Source: a bacterium (GTDB lineage: Bacteria > Armatimonadota > JACIXR01). From it: a DNA stretch of 64,000 bases. This document shows, piece after piece, positions 1 through 9,476 of the stretch. The stretch covers positions 35,677 through 99,676 of the forward strand of contig JACIXQ010000001.1 in the NCBI GenBank assembly GCA_014360465.1, given 5' to 3'. The notes beneath the pieces are model-generated. The model ran no database searches. It was not told the origin of the DNA and saw nothing but the letters and a program-made list of their open reading frames with translations. The position numbers and the translations under genes are program-made. Each line of letters begins with the position of its first letter. The first letter of the stretch is position 1.

Positions 1-645
1 TGGGGACATCTGCATAAACCTCTGATAATTTTCCATAAACCTTTGGCGTGGGTCGGTTGCTTGAGGAGATTCTTGCTGATTCTGTTCGTTCCCAAATAGC
101 GCGGCGAAATCTTCCAAATTTACGAGGATATTTGGCTTGCTTATAATATATACCTTCTCCCAGTAAAGTCCCGCTGAGGAACAAAGACGGTTTATTATCC
201 TTTCAAGCTTCTGATTCTTGAATTCCAGTTCATTCGTTTCTCCTTTAACATCGGGATTGAGAAGTATCTTGACCTTGCTCACCTCACTAAGCCTCTTGAA
301 AGCTTCGCTTAGTTGCGTTCCTTTGGGGAAGCTTATCGTTATAAGTGGTCCACCTAAAGTGGAGGATTTTTTACTCTTATTTGTGGTGATGAGGTAACCT
401 TCCTCCAACTGAGCGGATACTTGAGAAGTGAGTGACTTGAGCACATCGGGAAGCGAGGCTTTGTTTGCTTCCAATGAAACTTTTCTATCAATCGGGTCAA
501 TGACGATGATTTTAACCCCAGCCTTCTCGGAAATCAGCTTCACGGCGTTGTTAAACGGTTCATCAATGAGCTTCAAAGTTAATAGGGGAGCAGAAAACAC
601 AAAGCCTGCTACTATTAAAAGCGATATAAAAGATACTTTTCTCAT
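1..645 (-). CDS. Partial (C-terminus runs off the window) exported protein with signal peptide and two STN/secretin-N-like repeats; hypothetical
   Basis: Minus-strand ATG at 645 preceded by AGGAGG. The frame stays open to position 1 and translates as MRKVSFISLLIVAGFVFSAPLL followed by two repeats (AVKLISEKAGVKIIVIDP... and FKRLSEVSKVKILLNPDV...). It makes a 4-nt ATGA overlap with the upstream yfhO-like gene. It is absent from the ORF track because it has no stop in the window. Confidence 0.4.
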   Translation of the reverse strand, partial: MRKVSFISLLIVAGFVFSAPLLTLKLIDEPFNNAVKLISEKAGVKIIVIDPIDRKVSLEANKASLPDVLKSLTSQVSAQLEEGYLITTNKSKKSSTLGGPLITISFPKGTQLSEAFKRLSEVSKVKILLNPDVKGETNELEFKNQKLERIINRLCSSAGLYWEKVYIISKPNILVNLEDFAALFGNEQNQQESPQATDPRQRFMENYQRFMQMSP

Positions 646-2912
646 TTCCTTTTACCTCCTTTTCTGGTAATATACCCATATAAAATTATATTACAAAAGG
701 TGAAAGTTAGCAAAAAAAGGGTAAATGTGGAAAGATAAAGACCTATCTTGAAGGATATGGGGCGAAAACGAAATGAAACAAGGTGTTTCCCTTTGGGGAC
801 ATAGACGCTGCGGAAAACATAGAATGGAGTTATTTTTTCTTCTTTACCGTCTATGAAAGCTCGCCAGCCAGGATAAATCGTGTCTGTCAATATAAGGTAG
901 CCGTTTTTGTTTCCAGAAACTTCAAGCTCAACCTCGTTAGGTCCGTAATTTAGAAGTCTTACCTCCCCCTGAGGCTTAAATGAGTCATCCATCAGGGCGA
1001 ATCTGAGGGGTTTTCCGGTGAATTCATACACTTTTGTTTCGCCGTCTCTCCTCAATCTCAGATAAGGGGTATCTATATAAATGGGGGAAAAAACGAATTT
1101 CACACCCAGCAACTGCAGGTTTTGTTGTTTTAGGGATTTCGGTAAAAGCATATTTCCGTTCTCAAGAGGAGCTGTGTTTTCTCCTTCAAGATTATCAAGA
1201 AAGCTTTTGTAATAAAGCGGATAAAGGCTATCGTACCCTCCTACATCAAGCATATGATAAAGCGTAGCCGTGTTTGGAGGAAGGCAAGCTGGAGGGTATC
1301 TATAGAGAGACCAACGAGGAGTTACCGCGAGAATTCTGTATATGTTCCCTTCTAATTCTCTCATATACGCAGGGCGCGGTAATACCATTTTATTTGGGGA
1401 AAAGTAGAGATGGGAACGTGCTATCGGAAAGAGGTCAAGCAGGAGAAAAAGTATGGCAAAATGGGGAAGAAGTCGTCTTTTATAGCGAGTGATAAAGATG
1501 AAAACCAGTGGTATGAGGAAGAGTTTGAGAAAATCTATGAGCGGAAATTGGGGTACCACGGCTCGTAATGTGGCAAATGGCTCCTCCCGATAGGATAGAG
1601 CGAAAAGGAAAAAAGGCAGAAGGACAATCGTTGTTGCGATTGGTAGAAGTTTGCGAAAAGGAGGTGGATTTTTCAACAAAGCATCAAAGCCTATGCCGGC
1701 GGAAATTACAGAGCAAAGCGTAAAAACGCTTATGAGACGGGAAGGTGAGCCAGTTTGACTCCAGCCAGGGACGAGAAAATAGAGGGGGATATTAAGGGGG
1801 GTACCAAGGATAAGCAGAAGGAAGAGTAGGGAGATAGCAAGAAACGGAATGGCGTATTTTCTTTCCCCACGGAAAGAGAAAGGGAGAAAGAGAAGTGGGA
1901 GGAGTCCAAAATAAAGGGAATATTCTATATATTCCCCTCCACCCCAGTAATTTCCTTTTGCTGGATTGCCGAAGAAATTGGGAAGAAATAAACCTATCAG
2001 TCGTTCTATGGGCATAGAAAGGGAAATAAAGGCGTTGTAGGATTGCGAGCCAATGTTTCCTCCTCTGTGAGCCAAACGGGAAAACTCAAATAATGGCAGA
2101 AGCTGCACCGAGGACAAAATTAGGCCCGTTCCTATTGCGATTAGGGGTAAAAATATACTGGCAAGGGAAACCCTTTTCTCCATAAGGATACGGAGAATGA
2201 GATATATTACGAAGAGGAAGAGAGTATAAAGGAGAAATTGAGGATGTCCACCAAGAGAGGTTAATAAAATAGAAAATATAGAAAGGAAAAATGCTTTAAC
2301 GATTTTTCCCTCCAGGGCGAATTCAACTCCAAGTAAACATAAGGGAGCCCAGACGAATGTGTTGCTAACTGTAGGTAAATGCAACCAGGAGGTTATGAAT
2401 CCACTGAGCATATAAGTAAGAGAGGCGAAAACGGCTGAAGCCGAGGAAAGTCTTAGCTTCAAAAGGAATATGTAAAGTAAGAAACCCGCTAAGAACAAGT
2501 GGATGAAAGCCTGGAAGCCCATAAACATCTTTCCTAGGAGGGGTGAAAGCCAGTTGAATGGATAAAAGAGGGCTGATTGTCCGTTGGCATAGAAGGGATA
2601 ACCGCAGAACTGGTAAGGATTCCAAAGGGGGAGTATTCCATTTCGGAGGCTCTCACCCAGGAAAGTTCTCCAAGGATAGAACTGGGCTATGCTATCCCAC
2701 AAGAGGGGATTCCATTGAATTTCTCTTTTGGGTGTGTCAATTTCGCTCCAGGGTAGAAATTTATAAATCATATCGGCTGGAAGGAATACATAGCCGAGGA
2801 AAGATTTCCCCATCAATAAGAGGGCAACGATGAATAAAAGCCAAATGTATGAATTTTTCCTCAACATTGTTTGTTTGGTAGAGTGGTCAACTTCTTGAAA
2901 CGAAGAAGACAC
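642..2912 (-). CDS. YfhO-family polytopic membrane protein, a putative lipid-linked glycosyl transferase or polymerase
   Basis: 756-aa ORF with many TM segments and YfhO-like motifs (WNPYQFCGYPFYANGQSALFYPFNW). The true start may be the internal Met near 2867 (MLRKNSYIW...), which would remove the overlap with the preceding small gene. Confidence 0.65.
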   Translation of the reverse strand: MSSSFQEVDHSTKQTMLRKNSYIWLLFIVALLLMGKSFLGYVFLPADMIYKFLPWSEIDTPKREIQWNPLLWDSIAQFYPWRTFLGESLRNGILPLWNPYQFCGYPFYANGQSALFYPFNWLSPLLGKMFMGFQAFIHLFLAGFLLYIFLLKLRLSSASAVFASLTYMLSGFITSWLHLPTVSNTFVWAPLCLLGVEFALEGKIVKAFFLSIFSILLTSLGGHPQFLLYTLFLFVIYLILRILMEKRVSLASIFLPLIAIGTGLILSSVQLLPLFEFSRLAHRGGNIGSQSYNAFISLSMPIERLIGLFLPNFFGNPAKGNYWGGGEYIEYSLYFGLLPLLFLPFSFRGERKYAIPFLAISLLFLLLILGTPLNIPLYFLVPGWSQTGSPSRLISVFTLCSVISAGIGFDALLKNPPPFRKLLPIATTIVLLPFFLFALSYREEPFATLRAVVPQFPLIDFLKLFLIPLVFIFITRYKRRLLPHFAILFLLLDLFPIARSHLYFSPNKMVLPRPAYMRELEGNIYRILAVTPRWSLYRYPPACLPPNTATLYHMLDVGGYDSLYPLYYKSFLDNLEGENTAPLENGNMLLPKSLKQQNLQLLGVKFVFSPIYIDTPYLRLRRDGETKVYEFTGKPLRFALMDDSFKPQGEVRLLNYGPNEVELEVSGNKNGYLILTDTIYPGWRAFIDGKEEKITPFYVFRSVYVPKGKHLVSFRFRPISFKIGLYLSTFTLFLLTFTFCNIILYGYITRKGGKRK

Positions 2913-3252
2913 CCAAGCATATTAACAAAATGCCAAGGATTCGGTAGATATTCATAGTATCCTGGAAAATAAGCCAGGACAAAAGGGCGATGAACGCGAA
3001 GTTCAAGCTGATAAAGGGATAAACGAAGGAAAGCTGGGCTTGGGAAAGGGCGATGAGCCAGAATAGGCTTGAGACGGCGTAAGAAAATAAGCCCCCCAAT
3101 ACCCAGGGATTGAAGAAAGCCCGAACAAAATGAAGGTTAAATCCTTCCAATTTGCCTTCCTGCCTCAACCCCCATTTTAAGCTGATTTGCCCAACTACTC
3201 CCAGCGAAAGGGCAAGAATTAAGGAAAGCCAGAAAGGTACATCTTTATGCAT
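2887..3252 (-). CDS. Small 4-TM EamA/SMR-like (DMT superfamily) membrane protein, an ArnE/GtrA-type flippase-like subunit
   Basis: 121-aa hydrophobic ORF with four predicted TM helices, sitting immediately upstream of the YfhO gene and translationally coupled to it. Confidence 0.5.
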   Translation of the reverse strand: MHKDVPFWLSLILALSLGVVGQISLKWGLRQEGKLEGFNLHFVRAFFNPWVLGGLFSYAVSSLFWLIALSQAQLSFVYPFISLNFAFIALLSWLIFQDTMNIYRILGILLICLGVFFVSRS

Positions 3253-3268
3253 CTTTACTCTCCTTTCC

Positions 3269-3721
3269 TCAATAGAAGCTTTTTATCCTTTTGGGTGGCC
3301 AGATTATCGCCACAGCTACTCCTTTTACAAGTTCCCTTCTCACAGGTCCGTAATCGGATGAATCCTCGCTGTGGTTTCTATTATCACCAAGGACGAAAAT
3401 GTATCCCGGTGGAACATAAACCGGTGGGAGTACATATGCAGGAGGTTCTTTGAGATAAGGTTCCTCAAGAGCCTGTCCGTTTAAGAAAACAACTCCCCTA
3501 TATACAGCCACCCAGTTACCTCCCGTAGCAATGACCCTCTTAATTACCGTTTCACCTTTATATCTTGGGTCGGGGTCTTCCATTACGACTATCTCGCCAA
3601 TCCTAATTTCGCTGTTCGGTCCCACCCTTTGAACAAGTAGCCTATCGCCAGGAAGGAGCGTAGGTTCCATAGAGCTCAAGGTAACAACAGCGGTGAAAAA
3701 CAGGTACTTTCGGATGAGCAA
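3269..3721 (-). CDS. lepB: Signal peptidase I (S26 family)
   Basis: SMEPTL Ser box and the GDNRNHSEDSSDYGPV box. The ORF-track start is a TTG. The expected N-terminal TM anchor (KSKSRKWLVLVALIFGIIGG) is encoded in frame upstream with no ATG, GTG or TTG, so the start is uncertain. Confidence 0.85.
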   Translation of the reverse strand: MLIRKYLFFTAVVTLSSMEPTLLPGDRLLVQRVGPNSEIRIGEIVVMEDPDPRYKGETVIKRVIATGGNWVAVYRGVVFLNGQALEEPYLKEPPAYVLPPVYVPPGYIFVLGDNRNHSEDSSDYGPVRRELVKGVAVAIIWPPKRIKSFY

Positions 3722-3844
3722 TCCACCAATGATGCCAAAAATAAGTGCTACTAAGACGAGCCATTTTCTTGATTTACTTTTCTGTTCTTTATCAGTTTTT
3801 ATCTCGTATATTTGAAGCCCACCAACCTCCTATTAAAACGGAAT

Positions 3845-4705
3845 TTATAGAAGTCCCATTGAATAGGCCATTGCCTTCAATCTCTCTATTCTTTCTTCAA
3901 TGGGTGGGTGGGTAGAGAAAAGGCGAGCAAAGGATTGACCAGGTCTAAGAGGATTAACGATGAAGAGATGCGCTGTGTGTTCTGTAGCGGGTAGGGGCAT
4001 CATTTTAGAAGCAACTTGAAGTTTCTGGAGGGCGCTTGCAAGATAAAGGGGGTTGCCCGCTATTTTGGCGCCTGTTTCATCTGCGGAATATTCCCTTGAG
4101 CGCGATATTGCCATTTGAATCATCATTGCTGCGAGCGGCGCAAGAATAGCGAGGAAAATTAAGGAAACCAATTGGAGAATATTGCCTTCCCTGTCATCGC
4201 CACCTATAGGAGCGAAGAAGAAAAGCATTCGGGCAAGGAACATAATCGCTCCTGCCAGCGTGGCAGCGATAACAGCAATTAGTGTGTCTCTGTGTTTTAT
4301 ATGGGAAATTTCGTGAGCCAAGACTCCCTTCAACTCCTGCGGATTAAGAAGTTGAAGAAGTCCGGCAGTTACCGCAACGGCTGAATGTTGGGGATTCCGT
4401 CCCGTGGCAAATGCATTCGGAGATTGATGAGGAATTATATAAATCCTTGGCATAGGAATTCCAGCTTGGGAAGATAATTCCTCAACAATGGGATAGAGGA
4501 GGCGCCCTTCTGGGTCGGAAGGGGATACTTCCTGAGCCCCATACATTGCAAGCACCAATTTATCGGAGTAGTAGTAAGCGAAGAAGTTCATCATACCTGC
4601 TAAGACCAAGGCAATGAGCATCCCATCCCTACCCCAAAAGCTTCCTATCCCTATAAAGAGTAGGGTAAGGAAAAGCATAAGCAAGAATGTTTTGAAAGTA
4701 TTCAT
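3845..4705 (-). CDS. htpX: Zinc metalloprotease HtpX (M48 family)
   Basis: HEISHIKHRD HExxH motif and four TM segments. The likely start is the MNTFKTF Met at 4705, preceded by a GGAGGTG RBS; the ORF-track extension to 4756 has no RBS. Confidence 0.85.
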   Translation of the reverse strand: MNTFKTFLLMLFLTLLFIGIGSFWGRDGMLIALVLAGMMNFFAYYYSDKLVLAMYGAQEVSPSDPEGRLLYPIVEELSSQAGIPMPRIYIIPHQSPNAFATGRNPQHSAVAVTAGLLQLLNPQELKGVLAHEISHIKHRDTLIAVIAATLAGAIMFLARMLFFFAPIGGDDREGNILQLVSLIFLAILAPLAAMMIQMAISRSREYSADETGAKIAGNPLYLASALQKLQVASKMMPLPATEHTAHLFIVNPLRPGQSFARLFSTHPPIEERIERLKAMAYSMGLL

Positions 4706-4875
4706 TATATTAGCACCTCCACTATTATTTATACATACTACCATATCCATAGTCAAACTTTGCTGGCCAAGTAGATGGAATCGGTTTTACAGTTCAAGAG
4801 TTTCAAAAAATATTGGAATTATCCGGAGCTCAAGCTATAAGAAAGCATCAGTGTTTTGATGGAATTTTACAACAG

Positions 4876-4904
4876 TTGGACATTTTTATCTTGATAATTA
4901 TAAT
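4876..4904 (+). promoter_or_regulatory. Putative sigma70-type promoter for lysA (TTGGAC, 17 nt, TATAAT)
   Basis: TTGGAC at 4876-4881, a 17-nt spacer, and TATAAT at 4899-4904, about 35 nt upstream of the lysA TTG start. Confidence 0.35.
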
Positions 4905-4939
4905 AATTTTGAAGTAATTTCCTAAAGAGGTGAGAATTT

Positions 4940-6274
4940 TTGCTTTTAGGAACTCAGCGAGTCAACGAGTTCGGTCATCTGGAGATAGGTGGTTGCGATA
5001 CCACCAAACTGGTCGAAGAATTCGGTACCCCCTTATATGTTCTCGACGAGGAATACATAAGAGAGAATTGCCGACGATATGTGGACGCTTTGAGGAACTA
5101 CTATAAAGGGGAAAGTAGAGTAGTCTATGCTGGCAAAGCTTTCCTCACCCTTGGAATGTGCAGACTTGTTGAACAGGAGGGGCTTTGGCTTGATGTATCC
5201 TCGGGTGGCGAGCTTTACACCGCCTTAAAAGCCGATTTCCCTCCCGAAAGAATTTTGATGCACGGTAATAATAAATCCCCTGAGGAATTGAAACTTGCCA
5301 TAGAAAATGAAGTGGGAAGGATTGTGGTTGATAATTTGCATGAGCTTGAGCTTTTGAATACCATTGCCCAGGAAAGGGGTGTAAGAGCGAATATTCTCCT
5401 GAGAGTGACCCCTGGAATAGACCCACACACTCATAGGTTTATCGCTACTGGACAGGTTGATACTAAATTCGGCTTGAATTTAAAGAACGGATCTGCGATG
5501 GAGGGTATTCGCAAAGCTCTCTCTATGAATGGCGTGAATCTCTTGGGCTTACATTGCCATATAGGTTCGCAATTATTGAGGATAAGTCCCATACTTAAAG
5601 CAGCGGAAATTATGGTTGAGTTCTTGAAAGAAGTGAAGGACCAGACAGGTGTGGAGTTGAGGGAACTTGACCTTGGCGGAGGACTCGGCATAAGATATCT
5701 ATCAACCCATAATCCCCCATCTATTGAGGAGTTCGTCCAAAGGCTATGCGCTGTTATGGAGAAGAATTTGAAAAGGAGTGGATTATCGTATCCCGTCCTA
5801 TTATTGGAACCTGGCAGGTCAATAGTTGGAGAAGCCGGCACCACCCTATATAAGGTAGGAGCTATAAAGGAGGTCACATTCAGCAAAAATGGGAAATTAT
5901 TTAAGAGGATATACGCAATGGTGGATGGTGGATTGTCCGACAATCCTCGCCCTCAACTATATAATGCCAAGTATGAGGCAATTGTAGCCAACAAGGCTTC
6001 CCAAAAGGGTGAAGTGCATTACACGATAGCAGGGAAACATTGTGAGACGGATGTCCTTATCTGGGATGTGTTGCTTCCTCCCCTCGAACCGGGCGATATA
6101 CTCGCTGTGTTGTCAACTGGAGCTTATAATTATTCTATGGCCAGCAATTACAACAGGTTTCCCCGTCCCGCCGCGGTTCTGGTCAGAAATGGTAAGGCGG
6201 AATTACTTGTCAAAAGAGAGACTTACGAGGACCTCTTGCGGTTTGATGTTATACCATCCCATCTCCAAAAGTAA
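4940..6274 (+). CDS. lysA: Diaminopimelate decarboxylase
   Basis: PLP fold-III decarboxylase motifs (YAGKAF, GGGLGI, the C-terminal EPGR and GAY boxes). TTG start with an AGAGGTGAG RBS. Confidence 0.9.
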   Translation: MLLGTQRVNEFGHLEIGGCDTTKLVEEFGTPLYVLDEEYIRENCRRYVDALRNYYKGESRVVYAGKAFLTLGMCRLVEQEGLWLDVSSGGELYTALKADFPPERILMHGNNKSPEELKLAIENEVGRIVVDNLHELELLNTIAQERGVRANILLRVTPGIDPHTHRFIATGQVDTKFGLNLKNGSAMEGIRKALSMNGVNLLGLHCHIGSQLLRISPILKAAEIMVEFLKEVKDQTGVELRELDLGGGLGIRYLSTHNPPSIEEFVQRLCAVMEKNLKRSGLSYPVLLLEPGRSIVGEAGTTLYKVGAIKEVTFSKNGKLFKRIYAMVDGGLSDNPRPQLYNAKYEAIVANKASQKGEVHYTIAGKHCETDVLIWDVLLPPLEPGDILAVLSTGAYNYSMASNYNRFPRPAAVLVRNGKAELLVKRETYEDLLRFDVIPSHLQK

Positions 6275-8824
6275 ATGAATATAATACTGACTCACAAATC
6301 GCCTGATGGAGATGCAGTAGCTTCCCTTCTTGGCGCTTATCTCGTTTTTCCCCATTCTCTTCCCATTATGCCAGAAGGGGCACCTTACCCTAAGGAAATT
6401 TATTCCCAGTTCGGCGATGCTTTACCTCTATATTCGGAAAAGGAAATCCCCTGGAAAAAAGTCAAAAGTGCGATTCTTGTGGATTGTTCATCCCTTGGGA
6501 GGGTGGGTAAGATTGGCGAGGAAGTAAGAAGACGAGGCTTGCCCTTGATTATCATAGACCATCACTTGGAAACCTCTGGAGAGTTAAACATCAAAAATTG
6601 TTTTGTGGAACCTTTCGGCTCTGCCACTACCATCCTTGTAGGAATGATGAAGGAGAAGGGAATAATTCCTACACCTTTCCAGGCAACATTGCTGGCTCTG
6701 GGTATATATTCCGACACCGGTTCGTTAACTTATCCATCTACTTCGGAGGAAGATTTAAAGGCTGTTGCTTTCCTTCTTTCTTGTGGAGCGAACATCCCCC
6801 AAATTGTTCCTTTGCTTCATCCCTTACTTTCTGAAGAGGAGAAGAAACTCCTGGAGGAATTCAGCGGTGGTCTTGAGGTCAAAGATATTAAGGGGGTAAG
6901 AGTTGGTATAGGTGGTGTTAAGAGGGATAAGATGGAGTTCAATCTTGCCCCTATAGCCATCAAGTTGTTGGAAAGAGAGAATATAGAGGTTCTATTTTTA
7001 ATGTTAGAGGTAGATGGAAAAACATATTTGCTTGGAAGAAGCAAGGGCGAGATATATGATGTCAGCAAAGTCCTGAGTAGATTAGGTGGGGGTGGGCATA
7101 AGAACGCGGGTGCGGGAGTTGTGCCCTGCTCTTTGAATGAAGCTAAGGAAAGGTTGACATTTCTTTTGCCACAGGGAATTCAATGGGAGATTGAAGCACA
7201 AGATATAATGACTACTCCAGTTAAAGTAGTTCACACCAATACCCTGGTTAAAGATGCTCTGGAGATTATGCGTTCCTTCGGCTTTGGAGGATTGCCTGTT
7301 GTAGATAGAGGGAAAGTGGTGGGGGTTATCACCCGCAAGGAGGCAGAGAAATTAGCTAAATATGGAATGGGTGATAAGGAGTTGGGAGCCTTTGCTTACC
7401 GAGACCCTATTTTTGTTTCTCCCAAGACGAGTTTATCACAGGTTATCAGGCATATGAACGAAGGTGGAATAGGAAGGATATTGGTTATGGAGAGGGGGAA
7501 ATTGGTAGGGATAATAACTCGCCAGGATGTCATTGGTGCACTATATGGTCAAAGGATAAAGGAAAAAAGAGGGGAACAGATAATAGAAGAAATCGATTAT
7601 GGATTAAGGGAGAAACTTCTTAAAATCGGCGAGTTAGCTGCTTCACTCGGTATGAGGACATATCTCGTTGGAGGTGTCGTGAGGGATATAATTTTGGGTA
7701 AAGGTGTCAACGACCTTGATATCCTTGTTGTAGGAAAAGCGATAGAACTCGCGGAGAAAATAAGCCAGGAGATGAAGGGTGAGTTGATATCTCATCATCG
7801 CTTCGGAACAGCTACGGTCAGACTTCCTGATGGGCTTGAGATAGACTTCGCCAGCGCAAGGCGAGAATTCTACCCTAGGGCAGCGGTCTTGCCAGCTGTA
7901 GAGCCAGGTTCACTCAAAGAGGACCTTTTCAGAAGGGACTTCACGATAAATGCGCTTGCGCTCTCCTTACATCCCCGCGAATTCGGTTTCCTCGTTGATT
8001 ATTTTGGGGGAATGGAGGATTTGAGAAAAAAAAGTATAAAGGTACTTCATAGCCTCAGCTTTTGGGAAGACCCTACACGCCTATTGCGAGCTATAAGGTT
8101 GGAGGCGAAGCTCGGTTTTAAGATGGATGAATGGACGGAAAAATTGGCAAGGGATGCAGTAATAGGAGGTGCCCTAGCTCCCTTATCTGGAGAACGCTTT
8201 CGGGAGGAACTCAAATTGACGATAGAGGAGAATCCAGCCTATTGCTTAGTGAGAATGGAGGATATAGGGGTTCTAAAGGCAATACATCAAAAGGCTAAGC
8301 TGGACAAGCAAATGCTAAGACGATTACTTAAGCAGAAAATCGGCTCTAATAGTGTGGAAGAATGGATATTATATCTCTATCCTGTTCTCGGCTCCTTGAA
8401 CGAGGAAGAGATAAAGAGGGTTACATATCGGCTCAGGATGACCTCGCAACAAAGAGAGAAATTCCTTGTCCTTGTAGGAGTTGACGAGATTATAGCGAAT
8501 CTCTCTTCTCCCCGTTTGAAAAGGAGTCAGATTTACAGGTTGTTGAGGGATTTGCCAGCGGAAATCATATTCTGGATGAGGGCAAAAGGAAATAGAGTAG
8601 TTAAAAGAAGGGTTTCTCTTTTCTGGGAGAAGTTGCGATTTGTAAAGGTTTCTTTGACAGGTGAGGACTTGATGAATTTAGGGATTCCTGAGGGTCCAAT
8701 GGTTGGTCAAATCCTTTCAAAACTACTTGAGGCAAGGTTAGATGGGAAGGTAAGAAACGATGATGAGGAAAAATCTTTGGCTTTAAAGCTGAAGGAGGTA
8801 AAATATGGCGGAGAGGCTTATTGA
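6275..8824 (+). CDS. Multidomain fusion: DHH-DHHA1 phosphoesterase (NrnA-like), tandem CBS domains, and a CCA-adding / poly(A) polymerase-family tRNA nucleotidyltransferase
   Basis: N-terminal DHH motifs (SPDGDAV, IIDHH, GGGGHKNAGAG). Two CBS repeats (TTPVKVV...LPVVD, VSPKTSL...ILVME). Pol-beta nucleotidyltransferase head (LVGGVVRDIILGKGVNDLDILV, RREFYP, RRDFTINALA). The start codon abuts the lysA stop. Confidence 0.75.
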   Translation: MNIILTHKSPDGDAVASLLGAYLVFPHSLPIMPEGAPYPKEIYSQFGDALPLYSEKEIPWKKVKSAILVDCSSLGRVGKIGEEVRRRGLPLIIIDHHLETSGELNIKNCFVEPFGSATTILVGMMKEKGIIPTPFQATLLALGIYSDTGSLTYPSTSEEDLKAVAFLLSCGANIPQIVPLLHPLLSEEEKKLLEEFSGGLEVKDIKGVRVGIGGVKRDKMEFNLAPIAIKLLERENIEVLFLMLEVDGKTYLLGRSKGEIYDVSKVLSRLGGGGHKNAGAGVVPCSLNEAKERLTFLLPQGIQWEIEAQDIMTTPVKVVHTNTLVKDALEIMRSFGFGGLPVVDRGKVVGVITRKEAEKLAKYGMGDKELGAFAYRDPIFVSPKTSLSQVIRHMNEGGIGRILVMERGKLVGIITRQDVIGALYGQRIKEKRGEQIIEEIDYGLREKLLKIGELAASLGMRTYLVGGVVRDIILGKGVNDLDILVVGKAIELAEKISQEMKGELISHHRFGTATVRLPDGLEIDFASARREFYPRAAVLPAVEPGSLKEDLFRRDFTINALALSLHPREFGFLVDYFGGMEDLRKKSIKVLHSLSFWEDPTRLLRAIRLEAKLGFKMDEWTEKLARDAVIGGALAPLSGERFREELKLTIEENPAYCLVRMEDIGVLKAIHQKAKLDKQMLRRLLKQKIGSNSVEEWILYLYPVLGSLNEEEIKRVTYRLRMTSQQREKFLVLVGVDEIIANLSSPRLKRSQIYRLLRDLPAEIIFWMRAKGNRVVKRRVSLFWEKLRFVKVSLTGEDLMNLGIPEGPMVGQILSKLLEARLDGKVRNDDEEKSLALKLKEVKYGGEAY

Positions 8825-9407
8825 CCTCGTGCTAATGGCTCCCTTCTTTATATTTGGAATAGTGCTCCACGAATACGCACACGGCTGGGTGGCTTGGAAG
8901 CTGGGGGACCCAACGGCAAAATACTCCGGTAGATTAACCCTTGATCCTATGGCTCACTTCGACCCGTTTGGAGCTTTGATGTTCCTTTTTTCTTCCCTCG
9001 TTGGTGTGGGCTTCGGCTGGGCAAAACCCGTGCCGGTTAACTTCTATAATCTGCGTAATCCACGCCGCGATACTATACTCGTATCTCTCGCAGGACCGGG
9101 AGCTAATATCCTTTTAGCCATCGCTTGTCTTCTATGCCATCATCTTTTCCGTTCATTTTCACCACCACTTTCCAGCTGGTTCGCTCTGGGGTTTCTGCTC
9201 AATCTGGTCCTTGCCATATTCAATCTTCTTCCTATTCCCCCTCTCGACGGTTCAAAAGTATTGATGGTCCTTTTGCCTCCACGCTATGCTTATACCTATG
9301 CTCGGATGGAACCCTTTGGTTTTATCATACTTCTCGCCTTTTTAGCTACAGGTTTATTCAGCTTAATAGTTAATGCGGTTATCAATCTATTGAGGTTTCT
9401 ACTTTAG
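8805..9407 (+). CDS. M50-family (site-2-protease-like) membrane zinc metalloprotease
   Basis: HEYAHG HExxH motif within a TM segment; 200-aa multi-TM protein. It overlaps the preceding gene by 20 nt. Confidence 0.6.
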   Translation: MAERLIDLVLMAPFFIFGIVLHEYAHGWVAWKLGDPTAKYSGRLTLDPMAHFDPFGALMFLFSSLVGVGFGWAKPVPVNFYNLRNPRRDTILVSLAGPGANILLAIACLLCHHLFRSFSPPLSSWFALGFLLNLVLAIFNLLPIPPLDGSKVLMVLLPPRYAYTYARMEPFGFIILLAFLATGLFSLIVNAVINLLRFLL

Positions 9408-9419
9408 TCTGTTTTTTTC

Positions 9420-9448
9420 TTTACAAAGGGGTGAGGTTGTAGTAATAT
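9420..9448 (+). promoter_or_regulatory. Putative sigma70-type promoter (TTTACA, 17 nt, TAATAT) for the GH20-like gene
   Basis: TTTACA at 9420-9425, a 17-nt spacer, TAATAT at 9443-9448, then an AAGGAGG RBS and the ATG at 9477. Confidence 0.3.
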
Positions 9449-9476
9449 TTCTTGACAAAGAAAGGAGGTTGTTTTT

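Noticed and set aside
428-670. 80-aa plus-strand ORF at the window start
   Set aside because: It lies antisense within a minus-strand gene (1-645) that has an RBS, a signal peptide and repeat structure. It has no RBS and a low-complexity translation.
5431-5943. 170-aa minus-strand ORF and neighbouring short ORFs
   Set aside because: Antisense to lysA.
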